From: Botryllus schlosseri
Lineage: Eukaryota
NCBI GenBank assembly: GCA_051294905.1
Contig: CM119377.1
Coordinates: forward strand, 10,044,001 to 10,108,000
Direction of reading: 5' to 3'
DNA length: 64,000 bases
A program made the translations under genes and the position numbers. Shown piece by piece: positions 42,001 to 50,600 of the stretch; the stretch's first letter is position 1, and each line of letters starts with the position of its first letter. Under the pieces are notes generated by a model, which saw only the letters and a list, made by a program, of their open reading frames with translations, ran no database searches and had not been told where the DNA came from.

Positions 42001-45000
42001 CGACCAGAAGAAAGTTACGCCAGTTCTACGCCACATAATGTAACATTTGACCATTTCATTGCACTTCGTGGCAAAATAATGATAATGCGAGTTGGTCAGA
42101 CTTCACATAAATGTCATTTCCGCTAACGTGCGTACTGCGTAGCACTGAACTTCGTGTTTTTGATGCTGTGATACGAGCGATCAAGGCTTCCAAGTTGGGA
42201 GTCTTGAAACTACAATTATCGTTGATCATATAACTCTTAGTGGGAAGCGCGTATAACTACAGAACTTGAAAAAGACGTCTCTCACACCAATCATTGTGAC
42301 CAACCCTTGCTATCTATAACCTGCGATAAACACGATACACCTGAACAGGCCAATTACACACCGGCTGTTGACGCAAGATATCGCTGATCGTGAATAATCG
42401 AGCATTTTTACACTGTACTGTACACTGTACAGTGTACAGTCGCGTATTCAATGCGTGACGAATCGGGCGTTTTGCGTTATCAAATCGCGCCCCGTCTGTC
42501 CAGCCGTTCTCTATAAAAGCCGGTCAAATGTGCGGTTTTGATTAGGTTCAATCCGCGAGCACACTGCTAATAAAAGACCTATGTACGTCGCTCGCTCAAT
42601 GCTATTTTCGCATCGCCCGTAGGAAACACATTCGTCGACGAGTTTCAAGTGCTCGACAAGTTGTCGAGGGTCTCAAAATTCGAGGGTTTGAATAATCATG
42701 ACGATCGCACACGAATAATAGAGGTCCGTTTCGCTTGGTTTCTCATTAAAAGCGCGGCCATTGTGCGCGGAATCGAAGAGATGGTGTACGGTGAGTGGCA
42801 CGCTTCGACGTTGCGCGCGTTTCGCATTGGAAGCGACACCGGACGCCATGTTTTCCGCGAAATTTTCCGGCCGTAGGGTTTCGGATTCGGAAAGCCGGCG
42901 TATTTACGCGCGCAGGTATGTCGAGTGCCGGGGTATATAGTCATCGCCGAATAATACAACATAGCTGTGAACTGCCGCATGATGGATTCGATTATAAATT
43001 ACTTCATCAACTTTTATGGTCATTGGTCATTTGAAGAACTTCTTGGAGGTACCGAACTTCAACATACAATTGAATGTTATGACAGTACTTGTTAGATGCG
43101 ACATGCGGGAGTGATTAGACTAAGTCGCATTCATCACTTCATTCCTGTCCGATACCGAATACTGTGCATTAGGGCTGTTCAAAACTAACCTTTTTTCCTT
43201 AATCTTGCGGGTTACTTGATTAAATCGTTAGGTTGCCTTAAAAATCGACGCACACCAAATTTGAATTCATTCCAACCAATATTCGCGGATTTCGTAGAGT
43301 TTTAAAATTTTGCATTTGCCTAAAAATGCAAAAAAAAAATTTCAAATTTTTCTGCCAACCCCATGAAATTGTTGCGCTGTCTTCGAAAACGATGCCCAAC
43401 AAATTTGACTCAATTCGAAGCCGTAGAAGTGGAGTTATTTCAGTTTTTCTTTGATAATTCTGGGATTATCCTTGATTGGTGGATCATCCCAGAATTATCA
43501 TAAAAAAACTTGAATAACTCGGCTTCTGCAGCTTGGAATTGAGTCAAATTTGTTTTGCATCGTTTTTGAAGACAGTGCAACAATTTCATAAGGTTGGAAG
43601 GAAAATTGGAAAAAAAATTTTTTTTGCATTTTTAGGCCAATTCAAAATTTTCAAACTCTACGAAATCCGCGAATATTGTTTGGAATGAATTCAAATTTGG
43701 TGTGCGTCATTTTTTAAGGCAACCTAACGATTTAATCAAGTAACCCGCAAGATTAAGGAAAAAAGGTTATTTTTGAACAGCCCTACTGTGCATACGTTTT
43801 CCCTCATTGTTGCTGTCTGTTTGCGTGTATATCGGTTGGTTGAAAATGAAAACTCTCTCTCGTGCGGTTTTCCGCTGAATAGTGCGCGGCTGATAAAATT
43901 GGTGCAAGCGTGCAATTTATGTAGCTGCCATGCCTATTCAACAATGGTATGAATTATCTTTCGCACTCAAGACGAACGAACACTCCGCGACAAAACCTAA
44001 CTACATCTAGGCTCATATTCAACAAAATGAGTAGTAGGAATGAATATTTCACAGACTTTCATCTTCGGTACGAATGCTAGGTAGAATCAAGATGCGATTC
44101 GGCACATTTTCAAAGAGTAATTGAACCATCACAGCTTGCTCAGTAGGCTACGTCAGCTAGCTAGGAAACCCTGGTCGTTGGAAATTAGCAAACTGTTCAA
44201 AACGATCTATCCAGGAAAGCCTTTAAATGTTCTGCAGCATCCTGTCTCTATATATCAGCAACTAGTCATTCGACTACTCGCGTTGTTTCTCGGCGTAGGA
44301 ATCTCGAAATGCCGCGATAATGGCCGTTTAGTAGCATTCGAAGTCGGCTGCTAGTGAATAATTAACGTCTGAAAGACTGCGTCGGTAAGAAATATTTGTG
44401 GGTGCAAACACAATGGCGCACATCAACCCGATTAATGTATTTGTCCAGAGCCGCCCTATTTATTGTCGCTTTCTTTTTCTATACTATCTTCTTTACTTTC
44501 ATTCAGTGTGCATGCCTCCTCTTTACATCGCCTAGGCCAAGGTGGGTGTCAGATTCCATAGACTGCTCCTTGTCGCTTCGACACCTTCCTGTCTTTTCAT
44601 TGTATCGCATTTTTTGTGGTGTATTGAACTGATAAAATTGCTAATAAACCAATGATGATGATGATGATGAGCTTCGTATGCGGCGAACTGTGATGATAAC
44701 CAAACAACCGGCCGTGAGGCAGCAAGCAGTGCTTGAAACGGTACTGTCACCTAGCGGTTCTGTGTGACTAGTACGTTATCGGCTTTGTTTTTGCGGTCAC
44801 AGTCGGCTGAGTGTAATGAAATCCTCGAAATATCTTGTGCGAGCATTCTTGCCCCTAAATTTCTCTAGCGTAGCAATTCAACCATAATATTACTACAATT
44901 AAGCTTCATTCAAAACATCAAAGCTAAAAAACCAGATCTGCACTTTTCGATCAAGTCGATTCGAATCTTGCGCGCATTTTTATACTCGAATCGCACCAAG

Positions 45001-45228
45001 GCAATATGATTTGCCGAGGCTAGCGGTTAGAATGCGATTGCCATCTGGTAGTGATTTAATATATTGATCATACAGGATGACCTACTTACCGGCGAGCGCC
45101 TTAATCCTCGATCGCTCGAACAATCGCCCCGATTCATTATCGTCATCTTCCTCGCCGTTTTGCGATTGCTGGATACTCTCCCATCGCGTATCGACGAATT
45201 GCTCCATATCATATTGGCTGCCCTCCAT
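1..45228 (-). CDS. SPTBN1: Beta-spectrin (conventional, SPTBN1-like) gene span; multi-exon, 3' end runs off the window
   Basis: Spliced translation gives CH1 ([18 protein letters not shown]), CH2 ([17 protein letters not shown]), repeats 1-17 ([50 protein letters not shown]). All introns GT-AG with compatible phases. Paralog assignment among vertebrate SPTB/SPTBN genes is approximate. Confidence 0.97.
150..235 (+). repeat. Dispersed copy of hammerhead-like intronic repeat
   Basis: ctactagttgctgacgattgcccCTGACGAGtgtgagctGAAAatatttg, shared with 11880 and 12824-13069. Confidence 0.8.
413..634 (-). CDS. SPTBN1: beta-spectrin exon 40 ([21 protein letters not shown]...)
   Basis: ctcag acceptor; charged segment following repeat 17; donor ATG|gtaaac is inferred. 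Confidence 0.85.
739..944 (-). CDS. SPTBN1: beta-spectrin exon 39, partial repeat 17 (tetramerization site)
   Basis: [18 protein letters not shown]...[13 protein letters not shown]; ccag/gtgag. Confidence 0.93.
980..1220 (+). repeat. 21-bp periodic repeat (AAGATCAAAG core) with a 126-bp higher-order duplication; open as a 78-aa Lys/Ile heptad ORF (972-1208)
   Basis: Core recurs every 21 nt with no indels. Confidence 0.85.
1251..1474 (-). CDS. SPTBN1: beta-spectrin exon 38 (repeat 16)
   Basis: [22 protein letters not shown]...[11 protein letters not shown]; tttag/gtgag. Confidence 0.95.
1660..1830 (+). mobile_element. Truncated left end of the CAGTGTTGGGAT hAT MITE family
   Basis: gtgctgggatcaagtcactac... 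and GACTCGAGT/GTCAA repeats match 17628-17800. Confidence 0.75.
1881..2125 (-). CDS. SPTBN1: beta-spectrin exon 37 (repeats 15-16)
   Basis: AYAGEDKK...[16 protein letters not shown]...QEKPR. Confidence 0.95.
2572..2751 (-). CDS. SPTBN1: beta-spectrin exon 36 (repeat 15)
   Basis: [17 protein letters not shown]...IPEELGAD. Confidence 0.95.
3241..3395. repeat. 155-bp hairpin (~46-bp inverted arms), MITE-like
   Basis: ctcaattccaaccactagaagcgaagttattgcggtagaaaaatt vs its reverse complement at ~3350-3395 (1 mismatch); no clear TSD. Confidence 0.85.
3816..4010 (-). CDS. SPTBN1: beta-spectrin exon 35 (repeat 14, ankyrin-binding region)
   Basis: [48 protein letters not shown]. Confidence 0.95.
4374..4578 (-). 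CDS. SPTBN1: beta-spectrin exon 34 (repeats 13-14)
   Basis: [16 protein letters not shown]...[26 protein letters not shown]. Confidence 0.95.
4885..5015 (-). CDS. SPTBN1: beta-spectrin exon 33
   Basis: [23 protein letters not shown]. Confidence 0.95.
5385..5523 (-). CDS. SPTBN1: beta-spectrin exon 32
   Basis: [29 protein letters not shown]. Confidence 0.95.
5595..5734 (-). CDS. SPTBN1: beta-spectrin exon 31
   Basis: [16 protein letters not shown]...DKWET. Confidence 0.93.
6254..6362 (-). CDS. SPTBN1: beta-spectrin exon 30
   Basis: [16 protein letters not shown]...LQKKNQ. Confidence 0.93.
6426..6573 (-). CDS. SPTBN1: beta-spectrin exon 29
   Basis: [22 protein letters not shown]. Confidence 0.93.
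7181..7346 (-). CDS. SPTBN1: beta-spectrin exon 28
   Basis: ACEDLEKF...[16 protein letters not shown]; weak donor G|gtgctc fixed by the phase of the next exon. Confidence 0.9.
8432..8641 (-). CDS. SPTBN1: beta-spectrin exon 27
   Basis: [13 protein letters not shown]...[24 protein letters not shown]. Confidence 0.95.
8778..9078. mobile_element. Degenerate hAT-type MITE, (C/T)AGAGGTGGTC family with AAGTA repeats
   Basis: Ends tagaggtggtc / ctggtcccctctg resemble 54955-56405; TSD not preserved. Confidence 0.6.
9374..9508 (-). CDS. SPTBN1: beta-spectrin exon 26
   Basis: [28 protein letters not shown]. Confidence 0.95.
9932..10064 (-). CDS. SPTBN1: beta-spectrin exon 25
   Basis: [25 protein letters not shown]. 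Confidence 0.93.
10175..10392 (-). CDS. SPTBN1: beta-spectrin exon 24 (repeat 9, with extra acidic insert)
   Basis: [10 protein letters not shown]...[21 protein letters not shown]. Confidence 0.92.
10553..10585 (+). repeat. (GA)n microsatellite
   Basis: Directly visible. Confidence 0.9.
11063..11167 (-). CDS. SPTBN1: beta-spectrin exon 23
   Basis: [16 protein letters not shown]...FLRDCKQ. Confidence 0.93.
11840..11950 (+). repeat. Dispersed, decayed copy of hammerhead-like repeat
   Basis: ctagttgctgacgattaccaCTGACAAGtgtcagcCGAGTatattcgggttc. Confidence 0.8.
12116..12208 (-). CDS. SPTBN1: beta-spectrin exon 22
   Basis: [10 protein letters not shown]...[12 protein letters not shown]. Confidence 0.93.
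12268..12387 (-). CDS. SPTBN1: beta-spectrin exon 21
   Basis: [26 protein letters not shown]. Confidence 0.95.
12824..13069 (+). ncRNA. Tandem dimer (123-nt unit) carrying candidate minimal type I hammerhead ribozymes
   Basis: CTGATGAG..CGAAAatatTT at 12847 and CTGACGAG..CGAAAatatTC at 12970; palindromic AATATT helix III; an inverted partial copy at ~12695-12746 supplies the consensus TCGGG. Confidence 0.55.
13188..13385 (-). CDS. SPTBN1: beta-spectrin exon 20
   Basis: HPDEADDI...[22 protein letters not shown]. Confidence 0.95.
13711..13959 (+). mobile_element. tRNA-Glu-derived SINE with (AAAC)n tail and ~9-bp TSD ACTTTAGTG
   Basis: Head 13734-13806 (tagtctaggggtcgtgattcctggctctcgcctaggcggcc...ccgattcccggtctgggaa) resembles tRNA-Glu; TSD at 13702-13710 and 13960-13968. 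Confidence 0.8.
14071..14472 (-). mobile_element. tRNA-headed SINE with (TGTTA)n tail
   Basis: A-box tagtgtagtgg and B-box gttcgattc on the minus strand (14404-14472); 3' part homologous to 44455-44670. Confidence 0.7.
14749..14968 (-). CDS. SPTBN1: beta-spectrin exon 19
   Basis: [15 protein letters not shown]...[24 protein letters not shown]. Confidence 0.95.
15025..15154 (-). CDS. SPTBN1: beta-spectrin exon 18
   Basis: [11 protein letters not shown]...HPDKDEI. Confidence 0.95.
15611..15741 (-). CDS. SPTBN1: beta-spectrin exon 17
   Basis: WIDAKEQVL...[15 protein letters not shown]. Confidence 0.95.
15818..15945 (-). CDS. SPTBN1: beta-spectrin exon 16
   Basis: [28 protein letters not shown]. 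Confidence 0.92.
16326..16499 (-). CDS. SPTBN1: beta-spectrin exon 15
   Basis: [12 protein letters not shown]...[14 protein letters not shown]. Confidence 0.95.
17327..17527 (-). CDS. SPTBN1: beta-spectrin exon 14
   Basis: ALEDEMAGR...[19 protein letters not shown]. Confidence 0.95.
17628..18552. mobile_element. hAT MITE, TIR CAGTGTTGGGAT, 8-bp TSD CCGTGTAC
   Basis: TSD at 17620-17627 and 18553-18560; subterminal GACTCGAGTC/GTCAA arrays. Confidence 0.93.
19271..19560 (+). mobile_element. tRNA-headed SINE with Meta-like central domain
   Basis: A-box tagcgtaatgg, B-box ggttcgatccc, then ggtcagaccaaagac...tggtatcc..acttccctgcttggcgctc..gcatt. Confidence 0.7.
19864..20108 (-). CDS. SPTBN1: beta-spectrin exon 13
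   Basis: [12 protein letters not shown]...[19 protein letters not shown]. Confidence 0.95.
20631..21628. mobile_element. hAT element, TIR TAGGGATGGTGTGAAC, 8-bp TSD CAAA(A/C)TAG
   Basis: TIRs at both ends, TSD 7/8 match, GTGAAC subterminal repeats, possible decayed dimerization-domain coding on the minus strand ~20940-21010. Confidence 0.9.
22019..22175 (-). CDS. SPTBN1: beta-spectrin exon 12
   Basis: [25 protein letters not shown]. Confidence 0.95.
23156..23294 (-). CDS. SPTBN1: beta-spectrin exon 11
   Basis: [23 protein letters not shown]...MFQEML. Confidence 0.95.
24103..24405. mobile_element. hAT-type MITE, TIR CAGTGGTTCTC
   Basis: cagtggttctcgaac / gtttgagaaccactg; TSD not preserved. 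Confidence 0.75.
24902..25065 (-). CDS. SPTBN1: beta-spectrin exon 10
   Basis: [23 protein letters not shown]...[12 protein letters not shown]. Confidence 0.95.
26396..26554 (-). CDS. SPTBN1: beta-spectrin exon 9
   Basis: [17 protein letters not shown]...[13 protein letters not shown]. Confidence 0.96.
27199..27374 (-). CDS. SPTBN1: beta-spectrin exon 8 (repeat 1)
   Basis: [24 protein letters not shown]. Confidence 0.96.
28052..28181 (-). CDS. SPTBN1: beta-spectrin exon 7
   Basis: [20 protein letters not shown]...FANSL. Confidence 0.95.
28865..28977 (-). CDS. SPTBN1: beta-spectrin exon 6 (end of CH2)
   Basis: [21 protein letters not shown]...GKRIGK. Confidence 0.96.
29220..29467 (-). mobile_element. 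Second, divergent tRNA-headed SINE with Meta-like domain
   Basis: Minus strand: tagatggccatgg...ggattcaaactcc then ctggtcagaccagagacttagaactggtaccactgc. Confidence 0.55.
30209..30324 (-). CDS. SPTBN1: beta-spectrin exon 5 (CH2)
   Basis: PDLIDYDKL...[22 protein letters not shown]. Confidence 0.96.
30556..30728 (-). CDS. SPTBN1: beta-spectrin exon 4 (CH2)
   Basis: [32 protein letters not shown]...[13 protein letters not shown]. Confidence 0.96.
30839..31012 (-). CDS. SPTBN1: beta-spectrin exon 3 (CH1)
   Basis: [15 protein letters not shown]...[27 protein letters not shown]. Confidence 0.96.
31111..31262 (-). CDS. SPTBN1: beta-spectrin exon 2 (CH1), common acceptor for both first exons
   Basis: taag|AT GAG; (D)[18 protein letters not shown]...[13 protein letters not shown]. 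Confidence 0.96.
33781..33955 (-). CDS. SPTBN1: beta-spectrin alternative first coding exon 1b (short N-terminus)
   Basis: [17 protein letters not shown]...[13 protein letters not shown] then G|gttgga, a phase-1 donor compatible with exon 2. Confidence 0.85.
36717..38579. mobile_element. Foldback element with ~525-bp TIRs (CATAG...CTATG) and 7-bp TSD ATCACAC; P/Galileo-like, non-autonomous
   Basis: 36717-37243 is the reverse complement of 38055-38579 with only scattered mismatches; TSD at 36710-36716 and 38580-38586. Confidence 0.88.
39170..39687. mobile_element. hAT MITE, TIR TAGGGCTGGGC, 8-bp TSD CTATTGAT
   Basis: TSD at 39162-39169 and 39688-39695; related fragments at ~19120-19170, 19720-19830, 40990-41095, 42170-42305. 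Confidence 0.93.
39770..40240 (-). pseudogene. Possible decayed non-LTR retrotransposon APE endonuclease fragment
   Basis: Motif order LPDGFNFL...GFYCP*...GEILIGDLN resembles LINE APE (PGY..R, YRPP, GDFN), with stops and frameshifts. Confidence 0.4.
43170..43785. mobile_element. Fully palindromic hAT MITE, TIR TAGGGCTGTTC, 8-bp TSD CTGTGCAT
   Basis: ~300-bp arms with a 9-nt loop at ~43472-43480; TSD at 43162-43169 and 43786-43793. Confidence 0.95.
44455..44670 (+). mobile_element. Retroposon 3' end with AATAAA and (GAT)n tail
   Basis: Homologous to 59466-59685 (-), 55353-55440 (-) and the 3' part of the 14071-14472 SINE. Confidence 0.7.
45090..45228 (-). CDS. SPTBN1: beta-spectrin alternative first coding exon 1a (canonical N-terminus)
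   Basis: [18 protein letters not shown]...[17 protein letters not shown] then G|gtaagt (phase 1). In-frame upstream ATGs at 45300 and 45315 make the start uncertain. Confidence 0.9.
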
Positions 45229-48200
45229 TATCAATTGGTCGAGATCAGTCGAAATGCTGAATAATAGGTTGGAATTTGTCGCGCGCTGCTGAATACTCAT
45301 GCTTGATCGTGGCATAGTGCGCGATATGAAAAATGAACATGAACATAAGAATAGCAATGAATTTACATGGTCATTGTTTAAATATGTCAATTATTGTTTT
45401 TATGGTATTTTTCATCCATGATCATGATCAGTTTAGAACACAGAGACGAAAATACCATCCAAAATTGCGATGTTATGGTACACTTAAGTGCTCGACTAGT
45501 AATATAGAAAGAACTGCTTTTGTAGCCTACTTTACAAGAAATATTTCACGTGACAAAATACCACGATGAGGCGTTTACAGTAGACTAAGCTGTAACAATT
45601 GCTTGACCTTTTCCTCATTCTGTTCAATAATACAAGGAAATAGTTAGCCGAGTCAATTGCAACTTTTCGATTTCCAACTTTAATGCCACCACTGTTGTGG
45701 CCAAGGGAGTGAGAGGCCTTTGCTTACAACATAATTTACAAAGCAGGTTCTTAACGGGTGTACTGTATAATGCACTGTACATTAATTCACAACCAGAGCT
45801 GCACCACTGCTTGCAGTTTACAAGCGTTCAATTTCAAATTACCAGTGGAACAATAAAGTGAATTCCACGAAGGCTAAATCACTGTTGACATTAGCTAGGA
45901 ATTTGCAAAAAAACGTCCGAGTATCGCTTAACTATAAAAACGCCAGTTAGTCATGTTGTGACGTCACATCACAATTTTCGATTACTTAGAATTGTTGAGC
46001 GACACACGGATCAAGATGTCGACAAATATTAGATAATATCACCTTTGTAATGTACAGCTCAAATGAGATATTATCATTTTACCGTGATATCAAATGGTAT
46101 CACAATCATAAACGACTAATGGACTTACTATTGCGTAGCAGGAGTCACAACAAATTGATTGGATTTCTGCGTGTGGCTAAAGCAAGTATTCTGTAAACGA
46201 AGATCACCAGTTAACACAATCGAGTACGCCGCCAACATGCTGAAGTCCCTATACCTTATCTATATCGCAACTGTTCGATTGCGAAATCCCATAACTCTTC
46301 TCATAAGAAGGGTCAGCGTCTATCTCCGTTTCAAAGTACCGCCGGCCGTCTTTATCGTCTGTCGTTGTGATGTATATGCGCCTCTGATAAACGATGGGGC
46401 TTGTTCAGGTAATTTTCAACGCAAGTCGCGCGCCGGATGGGTATGAAACGCAGCTCGCAAGCGAATATTCTCGCGAGTAATTGAGATGGAACGGCGAGCA
46501 ACTGGTGCAGTAAAAGGAGATGGCGCGTAGACAAGGTCTGCGACTTACTCTCCCTAGTTGCAAACTAGCACTCTCAATTAGGGTCTGGAATTCGTAGCTG
46601 TTAACATAGGTCTAGCCCAGGGCGCAAAGAACATCAAGTGCACTTCTAATCCGCATCGATTACGCATTGGGTTGTGTGACGTCATTGTATTAGGCCGTCA
46701 CAAAACGCGTTTTTGTATTGTTGAAATTTCCACCTTTACTTCGACACTTTTTGGTATATAAAAGTAGTCCATTTACGCACGTTTCACGTTTGGTTTGTTT
46801 TAAAAACCAAGCCCCAGTATTATATTGATGACAATTAGCAGCTTTAACCAAGATACTAGGATACTCTCCAAAGCATTTTTTAAATTCAAATTGGTGTCAT
46901 TTTGGTGTGCATGGAAAAGTCTAATTTATACTCGTCATTGAGTGAGTCTTTGCAACACTATACTTCGACATCGACTTGAGCAGCATCATGATTGGTTGAG
47001 CACTGACGAGCAACAAAACATCACACGGGTAACGTAGAAAAACATGAAGCAGGAACTTGGCGCAATAGAAAAGAATCATTAAATCCACCATAGATACCTG
47101 AATCGACCTCCCGACAGTAGGCGAAGACAATCTCTCCTGAAAAAAAGATATGACATCTGTTTAGCAACGCAGCGTGTTTTAACTAGGTCGATACGTACGC
47201 ACTATAGGCACATCACTACTGATGGAGAAATGAACATCATTAAATGCATTTTGTTGTGAACCATGCGACGCTATTACCCAATAAGCATTAAGCTACACGT
47301 TTGTGCATCGCTAGATATTTTGACAGAGAAATCATCTACACGCCTTATTGCCGTGTTCACGAGAGGTTCGCCAGCCTTTAAGTTCGAGGGTTAAAATTCG
47401 ACGGACCGTTATATAAATTTACTCCTCATGTATGTATTTGTATAGTATATATATTGCGATGAAATGGCGAAATAGAACTTCCGCTGTCACAGTTATTCGT
47501 GTATATTAACCATCAGTGAGTTAGCAGCAGGGTGCACCAGTACCAGTATAATACACAATGGATAACAATGCATCACTGTTCTGGTCGGATCAGACTCCAC
47601 CAGTATTTACAATATTCTAGTATATGCATTATGCTTAAAGTATCTGACTTGAACGAATCTGATATACCGACTTTACTGCATAGGAATATACACATCACCA
47701 TAGCGGTCAATGGGGTAAAAATTCTATTATTTTGGGTGTAGCATCCCTGGTAACACGACAAACACGATGGAAAATATCACCGACACCGTTCAGTCACAGT
47801 ATTCGTGAGTATTTTCCTATTTATGTACGGACGAATAGAATGCAATTCGATACGGAACTTGCGAAACATATTATATGCATGCCCTGATGCCGATATTCCA
47901 ATCGGCATAGTTGATTTCATCAAACAAATGAATCTTTCCTCAATGAATTATGTGTGAAAATGAACAGTCAGATGTATCACGTGTATGGAACGCAATGCAA
48001 GTAGTAGTTCGAAGCAGTCTCGCGATCTGTTGCGATTGTGACATATTCATATTTATGTATATGACATATTTATGCTCGTTGAATTGGCGGATAATACACA
48101 AGTTGCTCTGCAATCCCTAATAGAATTTGACCACTCGTATTGTTGGATTAAAACACGCACAGAATTCGCAGTCGCACAGCAGAGTAATATTGCGGAACCG

Positions 48201-50204
48201 GCTCAGTTGACTTCTGCTAATAATAATAACAGCTCATCATATAGTATAGAGATTTATATTTTTCATTTAGCTATATAATATAGTATCCGAAGGAAAGCAA
48301 GAGAAGTTTTCTTGTCTATAGTTTCATTAGGAAACAATTCGCGGAATTTCGCACGCCAAGCAAATGCAAAGAGTCGTCGAATGAATGCCGAGTAAGTTGG
48401 AAATTGGAAGTCATGATCCCTAGGGAATGCATAACAAACTCATCAAAACTACGACTGAGATCCACACCCAATCCATGAATGACTATTATATATAAAAGAG
48501 TCGGGATGGCCCTCGACCCAGCAGTGAATGAGCGCCGAACTTGGGTATTGCACACATCTTTATGGTTAGAGCTGAATTTGGAAAACTATCGAAAGGGCCA
48601 ATTTGTACACCACAATGTCGACTTTAAAACTTCTGTCACGATGTTGTAGCATGCGTCTCATCAATAACATGATGACCATATTAATGTACTGGAATGGTAA
48701 TAAGTTCCAGAGAAGATCGACTTGACTTCAAGCCGATAAAACATGCTGATTGATGTCGCATCTTGATACACTGAGTAGAGAACGTCCCTAGTTGGCATGC
48801 ACCACATATCCTTGTATCATCCATGCATTATGCAATAACGATAGAATCTTGCAGTCGAGATGAGAATCTCAATAAATTATTTAGTTCTAGGTCACAGACA
48901 GCGATCGATTTGACAGGACACAAGACCACCATTCAATACACAGCGTCCTTCGTGAAAATACCATCAAAATTCCTAGCAATGTAGCTAGTATTAACACAGA
49001 ATATGCACGGGACGACTCGTATTCATTCAAGCAAACCCGCAGTACGAATCATGCATAATTGTGTATCAATTGTTTTGTCACGCAGTAGGGAATTGTAATC
49101 CTCCGGTGATCATATAGTCAGTGACTGTAGGCAGGTGGCTTTCGTCAAATCGTGTGACAGTATAACGGCAGAATTCCTAGGAGATTACAGAGCAGACACG
49201 GCAGACGATATACAGTCGAGTGCAACGGGCTGGTTTCTTGGATTTTGAAACACTGAATCATTCCGTACGAATGTGCTGTGTGAAGACTGAGACGACAGCG
49301 ACCGAATGGCGTATATGCTTCCTGGATACCATGTGACATTCATAATCTCGAACGCGACGTAACGATTTCTCATTCCACGTGAATAATGAACTTAACATTC
49401 CGTTTAATTAATTCGTGACATCAAACTTACATCGTGGTCGAAAGGCTCCGTCATATTCGCTAAAGATACGGACATGATTAGATGTGTCCGTTGTCTCTCC
49501 GGACGCGGCTTGCAAGAAATATAAACGTGAATGGTGAGAAAAAAAATTGGTTCTTCTACCTATACACAATATCGGATGTGAATAGCCATTTAGTTAGTTT
49601 GTTATTAATTGCTCTATTTAAAACACAACAAATAGAAAGAAAAGCATAGGTGCAGAGTTCAAAGTAAGCGAACTCAAAAAATCATACATCCCTGCAACGG
49701 CGCCCGATAATGATCTTTGGCGGTAATTTCTTCAGCGGATATTTTGGACTCAGCTCTATACATAAAGTGATGCGAAAAATTGTCTTGATTTCAGATTATC
49801 TTCAATTTGGCTGTAAATTGTACCGTGACAACAAAGCAAAGGTGTCGTTATCGGGAATAGGTGCGCAAATGGGCAATTTCCCGAAATTCGTCATTTATGC
49901 GGTACGAGCTCCGCAATTTTCGTTTGAACCGTGGGGGGAACCGAATTTCCGATGTTGATTTTGACGACTCTGTGTTTGTGGCGTCCCAACAAACCGTAAC
50001 GCCCTTTATAAATTCTACTAGGAATTGACAGATTTTTCCTTTGGCAACGCAACTGACTTCGATAATCCATTGTTGCCGTGCGATGGAAACTCCTAATTCT
50101 TTTTGCAATTAATATAAAAGAGTCCACCGTAATTTCTCGATCCAAGGGCAAAATGGAGGAGTCGAGCCCAGAAAGAGGGAAAGATTGGGAGACAGATTAA
50201 TCCG

Positions 50205-50600
50205 GTGTACGGTCAATACCGAGAAAACCATTACCGAGAGTGCCATTACCGAGAATGGACACTGGACACTGTGGACAGTGACACCACAGGAAAATGGACG
50301 TTAACCGAGAATGGACATTACCGAGAATGCAACGTAGGCATGTTATGCATATGTACTTGTACGTACGTACATGTCGTGTGTATGTGCATCACGGCTTTGC
50401 CACATTCGGTGTCGATTCTCAGATATAAATTTCTCGACAACGCCGTGTCAGCAAGTTGGTCATTCTCGGTAATTTCCATTCTCGATGGTGTCCATTCTTG
50501 GCATTGGTCATTATCGGCAATGTCTATTCTTGGTGGTGTCCATTCACGGTAATGTCCATTCTCGGTAATGTCCATTCTCGGTAATGGTTTTCTCGGTTCC
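50205..50600. mobile_element. Foldback/MITE built from inverted arrays of a ~17-18-bp unit CATTACCGAGAATGGA
   Basis: ccgagaaaaccattaccgaga at 50219 vs tctcggtaatggttttctcgg ending at 50596. Confidence 0.8.
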
